64,000 nucleotides of DNA from Candidatus Eiseniibacteriota bacterium (GTDB lineage: Bacteria; Eisenbacteria; RBG-16-71-46), in contig JBBRLX010000018.1 in assembly GCA_038231135.1 (NCBI GenBank), positions 15,477 through 79,476 of the forward strand, in the 5' to 3' direction. Made by a program: the position numbers and the translations under genes. Below are positions 8,679 through 16,506 of this stretch, piece by piece. The first letter of the stretch is position 1, and each line of letters opens with the position of its first letter. The notes below the pieces were generated by a model. It worked only from the letters and a program-made list of their open reading frames with translations, did not search any database and was not told where the DNA came from.

Positions 8679-9850
8679 CGAGCCAGGAACGCGCGCGCGG
8701 TGCGCGACAGCACTTCCGCGCCGATCTCGAGGCAGGCTTCGTCGACGTCGAATCGCGGATGATGGTGGCCGTAGGTAAGGCCCCGCGACTCGTTGCGCGA
8801 TCCGATCGCGATGAAGCAGCCCGGCACGCGGTTCAGGAACCACGAGAAATCCTCGCCGCCCATCGTCTTCAGGTCCTCGACCACGTTGTCGCGGCCCACC
8901 ACCTCGATCGCGGCGGCCTTCGCGATCGCCGCCATCGCGGGATCGTTGATCGTCGCGCGGTTGTGCCGGTGGTAGCGCACCTCGGCGCGGCAGCCGAGCG
9001 CCTCCGCCACTCCGCGCACGATCGTCTCGAACCGCCCGGGCAGCTCGTTCCAGATGCCGTCGTCGAACGTGCGCACCGTGCCGTTCAGGACCGCGGTCTC
9101 GGGAATGATGTTGAACGCCGTGCCCGCGTGCACTTGAGTCACGCTCACCACGACTTCGAGGAACGGGTTGATGCCGCGGCTCGCGATCGTCTGGAGCGCG
9201 GTGATCACGTGCGCCGCCGCGACGACCGGGTCGACGCCCAGGTGCGGCATCGCGGCGTGCGCGCCCGTGCCGCGCAGCGTCACGTGGAACTCGTCGACCG
9301 CGGCCATGAACGGCCCCGGGGTCACGCCGACCTTGCCGAGATCGAGATCCTGCCAGACGTGCAGGCCGAACGCCGCATCGGGCTTCGGCGCGTCGAGCAC
9401 GCCGTCCTCGATCATCGCGAGCGCGCCGCCGCCCTGTTCCTCGGCCGGCTGGAAGCACAACTTCACCTGGCCCGTGAGCTCGCCCTTGCTCTGGGAGAAC
9501 CGCTTCGCGAGCTGCAGCAGGATCGAGGTGTGGCAGTCGTGGCCGCACGCGTGCATGCGGCCATCGTGCGTCGAACGGTAGGGGACCGCGTTCTCCTCGT
9601 GGATCGGGAGCGCGTCCATGTCGGCGCGGAGCAGCACCGTCCGGCCGGGTTTGGCGCCCGCGATCGTGGCGACCACGCCGGTGCGGCCGACGCCGGTGCG
9701 GACGTCGAGCCCCAGCGCCCGCAGCCGTTCGGCCACCAGCGCCGAGGTGCGAAGCTCTTCGAACGCGGTTTCGGGATGCGCGTGGAGATCGCGCCGCAGG
9801 TCGATCATCTCGCGGACATCGGTGTCGTCGAACGTCGAGGTGCGGGTCAT
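8675..9850 (-). CDS. M20D-family amidohydrolase
   Basis: RRDLHAHPE, LRADMDALP, MHACGHD, FQPAEE, GGEDF, HHPRF. Confidence 0.95.
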   Translation of the reverse strand: MTRTSTFDDTDVREMIDLRRDLHAHPETAFEELRTSALVAERLRALGLDVRTGVGRTGVVATIAGAKPGRTVLLRADMDALPIHEENAVPYRSTHDGRMHACGHDCHTSILLQLAKRFSQSKGELTGQVKLCFQPAEEQGGGALAMIEDGVLDAPKPDAAFGLHVWQDLDLGKVGVTPGPFMAAVDEFHVTLRGTGAHAAMPHLGVDPVVAAAHVITALQTIASRGINPFLEVVVSVTQVHAGTAFNIIPETAVLNGTVRTFDDGIWNELPGRFETIVRGVAEALGCRAEVRYHRHNRATINDPAMAAIAKAAAIEVVGRDNVVEDLKTMGGEDFSWFLNRVPGCFIAIGSRNESRGLTYGHHHPRFDVDEACLEIGAEVLSRTARAFLAR

Positions 9851-9924
9851 GGCGAGGCTCCGTTCCGGGCCGGAGCGGAGTCGCTCCGGCCCTCGAGTTC
9901 GTTGCCGGCCAGCCAGCCGACCGG

Positions 9925-11520
9925 CTAGTTCTTCGTCGTGTCCGGCCGCGCCGGCGCCGGCGCGATGCCCGGGGTCGACGGCGCGGGAGTCACCGGTGCC
10001 GGAGTCACCGGTGCGGCAAGGGTATCGGGCGGAGCGGAACCCGACCCGGGCGCCGGCGCCGTGTTGCCGCTCTTCTCCAGCAGCCGGCGGCGCTGGACTT
10101 CCTTCTTCAGCACGTCCTTGTTGAGGACCACGAACTCGACGCGGCGATTGCGCGACCGGTTGAGTTCGTTCGTGTTCGGCACCAGCGGACGTGACTTGCC
10201 GTAGCCCCTGGCGGTGAACTGCTCGGGCTTGAGGCTGAACTTGGTTTCGAGGTAGGTCGCGACCGACTGGGCGCGGGCCTCGCTCAGCTTCTGGTTGTAC
10301 TTCACGGCACCCTTGTCGTCGGTGTGGCCGCCGATCTCGATCTTGAGCTCCTGCCACTTGCTCAGCACCTGGCCCACCACGTCGAGACGCGGCAGCGATT
10401 CCGGCAACAGGTCGGCCTTCGCGGTCTCGAAGTTGATGTCCTGGAGCCGGATCATGCCGGTGTCGAGCAGTTCGGTCTCCTTCTCCATCACTTCGATCGG
10501 GCAGCCGTTCGCGTCCACGCGCAAGCCGGCCGCCGTGTCCGGGCACTTGTCGAGCCCATCGGGAACGCCATCGCCGTCCGAGTCCTTGGGGCAGCCCAAG
10601 GCATCGACCGTCGCGCCCTTCGGGGTGCTCGGGCACTGATCGATGCCGTCGAGCACGCCGTCGCCATCGGCGTCGGACGGGCAGCCCTTGGCGTCGACCG
10701 TGGCGCCCTTCGGCGTGTCGGCGCACTGGTCGAGACCGTCGAACACGCCATCGCCGTCGGTATCGTGCGGGCAGCCTCTGGCGTCGACCGTGGCGCCCTT
10801 CGGGGTGTTCGGGCACTGGTCGATGCCGTCGAGCACGCCGTCGCCGTCCGAGTCCTTGGGGCAGCCGGTCGCGTCGACCGTGGCGCCCTTCGGGGTGTCG
10901 GGGCACTTGTCCTTGCGGTCGGGAACGCCGTCCTGATCGGTGTCGCGCGGCTTGCTGCCCAGCGCGAGCACCAGTCCGCCGCCGAGCACCCAGGTGTGCG
11001 ACTCGATCGTGGTCGACTTCTCCTTGTTCAGCCACATCAGGTCGCGCGCTTCGACGCGGAGGCCGATCTGGTCCGTGAACCACAGCTTGAGCCCGCCGCC
11101 CGCTTCGAAATTCCCCTGCTTGAGCTTGTCGCCGCTGCCGCCGGCGATCTTGAGCTGGCTCATGCCGAAGCCGACGGACACGAACGGTCCGCCGATCAGA
11201 CCCTGGAACGGGGACAGCACCAGGTTGCCCGAGCCGTGCAGGAAGTCGACGTCGCTGCCACCCGTCGTGTCTTCGCTGGTGGCGGTGAATCCGGCCACGC
11301 CTTCGATGCCGATCCACGGCTTCAACTGCCAGCCGATCCGGCCGCCCAGGTTGTAGTCGTCCGCCAGGTGGGCGTGCGGGAACCGCAGGTCGCCGTCGAA
11401 CACCGTGTAGCCGCCGAACGGGATCAGATAGCCGTAGGACCCGGTCGGCTCGGCGATGGCGCGGCCTGCGCTGCACACCGCGAGCAGCGCAAGACCCGCG
11501 AGTACGAAGCGCGCACGCAT
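9925..11520 (-). CDS. OmpA-family protein: N-terminal beta-barrel, five thrombospondin type-3-like repeats, OmpA C-terminal domain
   Basis: AGGAGG RBS, signal peptide, DxDxDGVxDxxDxCP repeats, GHTD...NQKLSEARA...NRRVEF. Confidence 0.94.
   Translation of the reverse strand: MRARFVLAGLALLAVCSAGRAIAEPTGSYGYLIPFGGYTVFDGDLRFPHAHLADDYNLGGRIGWQLKPWIGIEGVAGFTATSEDTTGGSDVDFLHGSGNLVLSPFQGLIGGPFVSVGFGMSQLKIAGGSGDKLKQGNFEAGGGLKLWFTDQIGLRVEARDLMWLNKEKSTTIESHTWVLGGGLVLALGSKPRDTDQDGVPDRKDKCPDTPKGATVDATGCPKDSDGDGVLDGIDQCPNTPKGATVDARGCPHDTDGDGVFDGLDQCADTPKGATVDAKGCPSDADGDGVLDGIDQCPSTPKGATVDALGCPKDSDGDGVPDGLDKCPDTAAGLRVDANGCPIEVMEKETELLDTGMIRLQDINFETAKADLLPESLPRLDVVGQVLSKWQELKIEIGGHTDDKGAVKYNQKLSEARAQSVATYLETKFSLKPEQFTARGYGKSRPLVPNTNELNRSRNRRVEFVVLNKDVLKKEVQRRRLLEKSGNTAPAPGSGSAPPDTLAAPVTPAPVTPAPSTPGIAPAPARPDTTKN
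10495..10944 (-). repeat. Five 90-bp (30-aa) coding tandem repeats (TSP3-like)
   Basis: Units such as DSDGDGVLDGIDQCPNTPKGATVDARGCPH; DNA gtcgaccgtggcgcccttcgg recurs at 90-bp spacing. Confidence 0.9.
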
Positions 11521-11624
11521 GCAAGACCTCCTGGTTACGGGATTCCGGTTCACGCACAACGGCTGCAGTCGGACGATTTCGCGGGACGATAGCCGCGAAC
11601 CGAGGGTAAAGGCAAAACAGGCTG

Positions 11625-12965
11625 CTAGAAGATGGCTTGCAGGGTCAGGAACCCCTTGTCGTGGTGGAACCACACCGGATAGGGCTCGGGATCGAGCTCG
11701 ATGCCCTCCACGCCCGAGATCGTCACGCGCCCGAAGCGCGCCGCGAGGCCCAGGTAACCGCGGGACTCGTTGCGGGTGCCGTAGCTGTGCTGGAACACCA
11801 GCCCCGACTGGGCGACGTCCACCCGGTCGAACATGCCGCCGGCGCGCACCGTGAGCCGCGGGTGCGCCCGCCACGAGAGTTCGGCCTGCGCGACCCGGTC
11901 GAGCGCGCCGAAAGCGCCCGGACCGAGCGGCGCCGTGTGATGCTGCGCGCGGTTCGAGTAGACGTAGCTCAACTCGGCGCCGAGGTTCCGCGCGAGGTCG
12001 CGACGCACCGTCGCTTCGCCCGACCAGCCGCGCCGATAGTTGCCGCCGGGCCCGACCCCGGCACCCACCAGCGCCGCGGTGCTGTACGCCTGCTGGTTCG
12101 AGCCCGTGAGCTCCCACTCGCAGCCGAGGGCCCGGACCAGGACGTCCGCCGTCACCTGGGTGCCCCACAGCGTGGTGAGCGTGACCGAGTCCGGATCGAC
12201 GGTGCCCGGGACGCTCTTCTCCGACGGCGTGAGATACCGCGCCTGCACGTCGGCCGACCAGTGGTCGTGGCGGCTCGCCACCCGCAGCGCCGGTTCCCAG
12301 GGATGCCGGAGATAGGCCTCGACGTGATTCCCCACGCGCGTCTGCCGGAACGCCCACAAATTGTTGAACAGGTCCTCGAGCCCAAACGTGGCTGTGACCT
12401 GGAACGCGGTGGTGTCCGCGCCCAGCTCCCAGCTCACGGCGAAGTCCTGGCGACTCTTGTCGAAGAACGGCCGGAACATGCCGACCACCGTGCCGCGCAC
12501 GATCGGGTAGCGGAACTGCAGGTCCACGTAGTCGAAGCGGGAGATGTCGTCGTCGTTCTGGCGCATCAGCACGGCGAATTTCGCGCGGTCGCCGAGCTCT
12601 GTCTGGGCCTTGAGGTCGGTGTGGATGAACCACTGCCCGGACGTGAGGCAGCCTTCCTGGGTGCGGAACGCGTTCGTCGCGCGCTGCCAGGCCGGCAGCC
12701 ACTCGCGCGGTGCATGGGTCAGCAGGTGGTCGATGACGCTCTCGTCGTCCTCCTCCTGCTGCCAGACGTCGAACGTCGAGAATTCCTCGGTGCCGGCGCG
12801 GGCGGGGCGCGGCAGCATCAAGAGCGCCATGATGCACGCGACCCGCAGCCCGAGCGCCGCGGCGTATTCGAACGCGGCAGGGGCGCGGAATCCCCGGCAC
12901 ACGGACGCGCCGGCGCTGCGAACCCGCAGCGACCCGGGGAGCGCCGATACCGCAGCCGGCATCAC
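11625..12965 (-). CDS. Hypothetical outer-membrane beta-barrel protein
   Basis: Signal-like ...LPRPARA, amphipathic beta strands, terminal GFLTLQAIF. Start uncertain (GTG 12965 or ATG 12830). Confidence 0.7.
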   Translation of the reverse strand: MMPAAVSALPGSLRVRSAGASVCRGFRAPAAFEYAAALGLRVACIMALLMLPRPARAGTEEFSTFDVWQQEEDDESVIDHLLTHAPREWLPAWQRATNAFRTQEGCLTSGQWFIHTDLKAQTELGDRAKFAVLMRQNDDDISRFDYVDLQFRYPIVRGTVVGMFRPFFDKSRQDFAVSWELGADTTAFQVTATFGLEDLFNNLWAFRQTRVGNHVEAYLRHPWEPALRVASRHDHWSADVQARYLTPSEKSVPGTVDPDSVTLTTLWGTQVTADVLVRALGCEWELTGSNQQAYSTAALVGAGVGPGGNYRRGWSGEATVRRDLARNLGAELSYVYSNRAQHHTAPLGPGAFGALDRVAQAELSWRAHPRLTVRAGGMFDRVDVAQSGLVFQHSYGTRNESRGYLGLAARFGRVTISGVEGIELDPEPYPVWFHHDKGFLTLQAIF

Positions 12966-13624
12966 TGTGCCGCCCGGGCGGCTCCGGTGCGTGCGAACGG
13001 GCGGATGGCGTCCACGAACGCGCGGGCGCGCCGGGTGATCTCGGCGAAGTCGCCCGCGGCGGCCAGCGCGGGATCGGCGAGCGATGCGCCGAGCCCGACG
13101 CCGACACAGCCCGCCTCGAGGAACAGCGTGACGTTGTCGAGATTCGTCCCGCCCGCGGCGAGCATCGGCACGTCGGGCAGCGGATCGCGGATCACGCGGA
13201 TGTAGGCCGGGCCGCCCGCGACGCCGACCGGGTACACCTTGATCACGTGCGCCCCGGCATCGCGCGCCGCGAGGATCTCATTCGTGGTGTAGGCGCCGGG
13301 CACGTACATCATCCGTGAGTCGAGCGCGAGGCGAGCCACGGCGAGATTCAGGTTCGGCGCCACGATGAACCGGGCGCCGGCATCGAACGCCATGCGGCAC
13401 TGGTCCGCGGTGAGCACGGTGCCGGCGCCGACCGTGACGCCGGGCTGCGACGCCAGCGCGCGCATCACCCGCGGAGCGTCGGGCACGGTATAGGTGACCT
13501 CGAGCAGCGGGATACCGCCCTCGGCCACCGCGCGCGCGGCGCCGAGCGCCGCGTCCGGCGTGGCGGCGCGGATCACCGCGATGAGGCGCGTGGCATGGAG
13601 CGTGTCGAGCGCGGATGGCTGCAT
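12962..13624 (-). CDS. eda: KHG/KDPG aldolase
   Basis: IAVIRA, LEVT, VGAGTV, GARFIVAP, PGAYTTNE, IKVYP, GG motif. Confidence 0.93.
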   Translation of the reverse strand: MQPSALDTLHATRLIAVIRAATPDAALGAARAVAEGGIPLLEVTYTVPDAPRVMRALASQPGVTVGAGTVLTADQCRMAFDAGARFIVAPNLNLAVARLALDSRMMYVPGAYTTNEILAARDAGAHVIKVYPVGVAGGPAYIRVIRDPLPDVPMLAAGGTNLDNVTLFLEAGCVGVGLGASLADPALAAAGDFAEITRRARAFVDAIRPFARTGAARAAQ

Positions 13625-13665
13625 GGAGGAAGCGTAGCAGCGGACGTGGAGGTTGGCGAAATCGG

Positions 13666-13860
13666 TCAGGTCGCCTGCGGACCCTGGCCGTAGCCGCGTT
13701 CGGCCATGCGCCTGCCGCTCAGCGCGTGATGTTCGGGCGCCATGGGGTGGACGCCGGCGCCGTCGCACCAGCGATTGTAGAAGTTGAACAGCGCGCACAC
13801 CGAGACGGCGTCGTAGATCGCCTCGGCGGGATCATTCAGCAGTTCCGCCGCGACCGCCCC
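13666..13860 (-). pseudogene. Remnant of an AhpD/carboxymuconolactone decarboxylase-like peroxidase-related gene
   Basis: GAVAAELLNDP joined directly to EAIYDAVSVCALFNFYNRWCDGAGV; no convincing start codon; N-terminal CxxC region absent. Confidence 0.6.
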
Positions 13861-13916
13861 AATCGCCCGCGCCGCATCGAGATGCCACGCCGCGCCGCCT
13901 ATGGCAGTATCCCGCC

Positions 13917-16502
13917 ATGACCACGGCGCCTGGATCCCGTTCCGCCCTGCGAACGCTGGGAGTCGTGGCGGGCGTGCTGCTCGTCCTCGTCGCCGTCGCA
14001 TGGGCCGCGCTCGCGATCCTGTTCCCGCCGGCAAAGCTCCGCGCCATCGTCGCGCGCCAGCTCAGCACCGCCCTGGTGCGCCCGGTGCGGTTCGAGGACG
14101 CGCACCTGAGCCTGTGGCCGCCCGTGCGGTTGGCGGTGACGAACCTCGCGATGTCCGAGCCCGGCGGCTTCACGCGCGGCACGATGTTCCGCACGCAGGA
14201 GCTGAACCTCGATCTCGACGTGTGGGCCCTGCTGTCGCACCGCATGGTGATCCGCAGCCTCACGCTCGACGGGCCCGAGTTGCACATCGTGCTGGGGGCC
14301 GATGGCGGCACGAACCTAGACGGCATCGGCCGGCCGGCGGCGGCGCAGCCGCCTGCATCGCAGCAGCCGATGGATCTGTCGGTGAACGAATTCTCGATCA
14401 CGAACGGCAGCGTGCTGGTGGACGATCTCTCGCGCCGTCGCCGAACGATGTTCGACATCGGCACGCATGTCGCGCTCGACGTGCGCGGTGGCACCCGCGT
14501 GAACACGCACGGCGAGACCCGCATCGAGCACCTGGCGTTCGGCACGCTCGCGGCGGCGCGGCCCGCCGACTTCGACCGCTCGCTCGCGGCGCTGACGTGG
14601 CGGATCGAGCACCGCGGCGCGTTCGATTCCGCGCTTCAGCGGCTGGCGTTCGAGCAACTGGCGCTGCGCTTCGGCAACACCAGCCTCGCGCTGTCGGGAA
14701 TCGTGGATCACCCGGGCCTCAGACCGGCGGTGGATCTGAAGGCCCGCGGCGCGGGCGTCGACATCGCCGAAATCCTGGGATTCCTCGGCCACGCCGACGC
14801 GCGCGCGCTCCAGGGGATCCATGGCGCGGGGGCGCTCGACTTCGACCTCGGGATCCGCGGGGCGCTGGGTGCGGGGCCCGCGGGCGCCGCGCCGCGGCTG
14901 CCGGCGATCACCGGCACGATGCGGCTCGCGAACGCGTGGTTCCAGTACCCGGGAGCGCCGGCGCGCGTCGAGGGGCTGGCGTTCCACGCACGCTTCGCGC
15001 CCGACTCGCTCGGCATCGGTGACCTGGTCGCGAGCGTGAAGCAGCAGCCGCTCCGTGCGGCGCTCGTGGTCACGCACTTCGCGGATCCGCATGTGCGGTT
15101 CGGGGTGCAGGGCAACATCGATCTCGCCGCAGTCGCGCCGTTCCTGGTCGCGAGCGGCGGCAACGTCTCCGGCCGGGCCGCGGTGGATCTGCGTGGCGAG
15201 GGCCGCGCCAGGGATCCGGGGGCGATGGCGCTGAGCGGCCGCGCGCTGCTGTCGAACGTGCGCGTGAAGCAGCCGGCGCTCGCCAGGGAGTTCGAGAACG
15301 TGCAGGGCACGATCGAGTTCTCGCAGACCCAGGCCAGCATCACCGGACTCACCGGCCAGGCCGGCAAGACCCAGTTCGCGCTCGACGCCCGTGTCGACCG
15401 GCCGCTGGCATTGCTCGCGAAGCCGGGCGACCATCCGATGCCCGAACCCGCGGGCGTTTCGTTCGCGTTCCGCGCGCCCTACCTGGACGTCGCGGAGGTG
15501 ATGCCGCGCGGTGGCGGCGGGATCGTGCTGCCAAACGCGCGCGGTGGCGGCACGGTGGCGATCGGCCGGCTAAGGAACCAGCGGCTCGACATGACCGCCG
15601 TCCAGGCCAACGTGACGCTCGAACCCACCGCGCTCGCGGTGCCGAACTTCACCGGCCGTATCTACGAGGGCCTCATGGCCGGTGCCGCGCGATTCGACCT
15701 GGCCGACACCAGCCGGCCGGTGATTACCGTGAATGCGCGGCTCGACAGCGCGCGGATCGAGCGCGTGCTCGGCACCTGGGTGCCGCCGGGCAACTGGCTC
15801 AGCGGTTCGCTCAGCACGTCGATCGACCTCAACGGCAACCTCAAGGACCTGCAGCGGTCACTGACCGCGGCCGGGCTCGCCGCGGTGTGGAACGGGGCGT
15901 TCGCGCAATCGCCGCTGTTCGATCGCATCGCCGAGTTCGCGCGCATTCCGGCGTTCCGGCGGCCCAGCTTCCACGATCTCAAGTCGAACTTCCGGGTCGA
16001 CCACGGCCGCGTGTTCACGGGGCCTGCCACGCTGCACGGCCCGCAGGGCGACTGGCTGGTGGGCGGCTCGATCGGGCTCGACGGCACGCTCGACTACGCG
16101 GTGAGCGTGACGGTGCCGCCCACGCTGGTGCAGCAGCTCGGCGCCCGTGCCGCGCTCGCCGCCGGCGCGCTCGCGGACGATCAGGGCCGCGTGCTGCTGG
16201 ATTTCCGGGTGTCGGGCCCCGCTCGCGCGCCAAGAGTGGCGTGGGACCCGGCCGCGATGCAGTCCCGGCTCATGGGCCGCGCGTCGCAGGCGATCGAACA
16301 GGAGAAGCAGAAGTACGAGCAGGTGGTGCGCGACACGCTCGCCGCGCAGCAACGCGCGATGCAGGACAGCGCGCGCGCGGTAGCCGACCGGTATCGCCGG
16401 GCGACGACGGACAGTCTCGCCGGTAAGGGCCGCAAGCTGCTGGAGGGGTGGTTCGGCCGGGTCACGACCCCGCCGCCGCCGGCCGACACGACGCACCGGT
16501 AG
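13917..16502 (+). CDS. AsmA-family protein
   Basis: N-terminal TM anchor, AsmA-like repeated beta-grooves, C-terminal GSIGLDGTLDY. Confidence 0.85.
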   Translation: MTTAPGSRSALRTLGVVAGVLLVLVAVAWAALAILFPPAKLRAIVARQLSTALVRPVRFEDAHLSLWPPVRLAVTNLAMSEPGGFTRGTMFRTQELNLDLDVWALLSHRMVIRSLTLDGPELHIVLGADGGTNLDGIGRPAAAQPPASQQPMDLSVNEFSITNGSVLVDDLSRRRRTMFDIGTHVALDVRGGTRVNTHGETRIEHLAFGTLAAARPADFDRSLAALTWRIEHRGAFDSALQRLAFEQLALRFGNTSLALSGIVDHPGLRPAVDLKARGAGVDIAEILGFLGHADARALQGIHGAGALDFDLGIRGALGAGPAGAAPRLPAITGTMRLANAWFQYPGAPARVEGLAFHARFAPDSLGIGDLVASVKQQPLRAALVVTHFADPHVRFGVQGNIDLAAVAPFLVASGGNVSGRAAVDLRGEGRARDPGAMALSGRALLSNVRVKQPALAREFENVQGTIEFSQTQASITGLTGQAGKTQFALDARVDRPLALLAKPGDHPMPEPAGVSFAFRAPYLDVAEVMPRGGGGIVLPNARGGGTVAIGRLRNQRLDMTAVQANVTLEPTALAVPNFTGRIYEGLMAGAARFDLADTSRPVITVNARLDSARIERVLGTWVPPGNWLSGSLSTSIDLNGNLKDLQRSLTAAGLAAVWNGAFAQSPLFDRIAEFARIPAFRRPSFHDLKSNFRVDHGRVFTGPATLHGPQGDWLVGGSIGLDGTLDYAVSVTVPPTLVQQLGARAALAAGALADDQGRVLLDFRVSGPARAPRVAWDPAAMQSRLMGRASQAIEQEKQKYEQVVRDTLAAQQRAMQDSARAVADRYRRATTDSLAGKGRKLLEGWFGRVTTPPPPADTTHR

Positions 16503-16506
16503 CGCG

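Noticed and set aside
10495..10944. Regularly spaced DNA repeats resembling a CRISPR array
   Set aside because: They are in-frame 90-bp coding repeats (TSP3-like) with synonymous variation, no unique spacers and no cas genes.
7314..13107. Very long ORF-track entries (744, 960 and 1060 aa) suggesting fusions
   Set aside because: The N-terminal extensions are off-frame reads through the upstream genes. Real starts, supported by RBS, stop overlap or motif position, are at 8678, 9850 and 11520.
13666..14034. AhpD-like ORF as an intact or selenocysteine read-through gene
   Set aside because: There is no in-frame TGA at a redox motif, and the upstream part overlaps asmA and shows no family similarity. 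Treated as a remnant.
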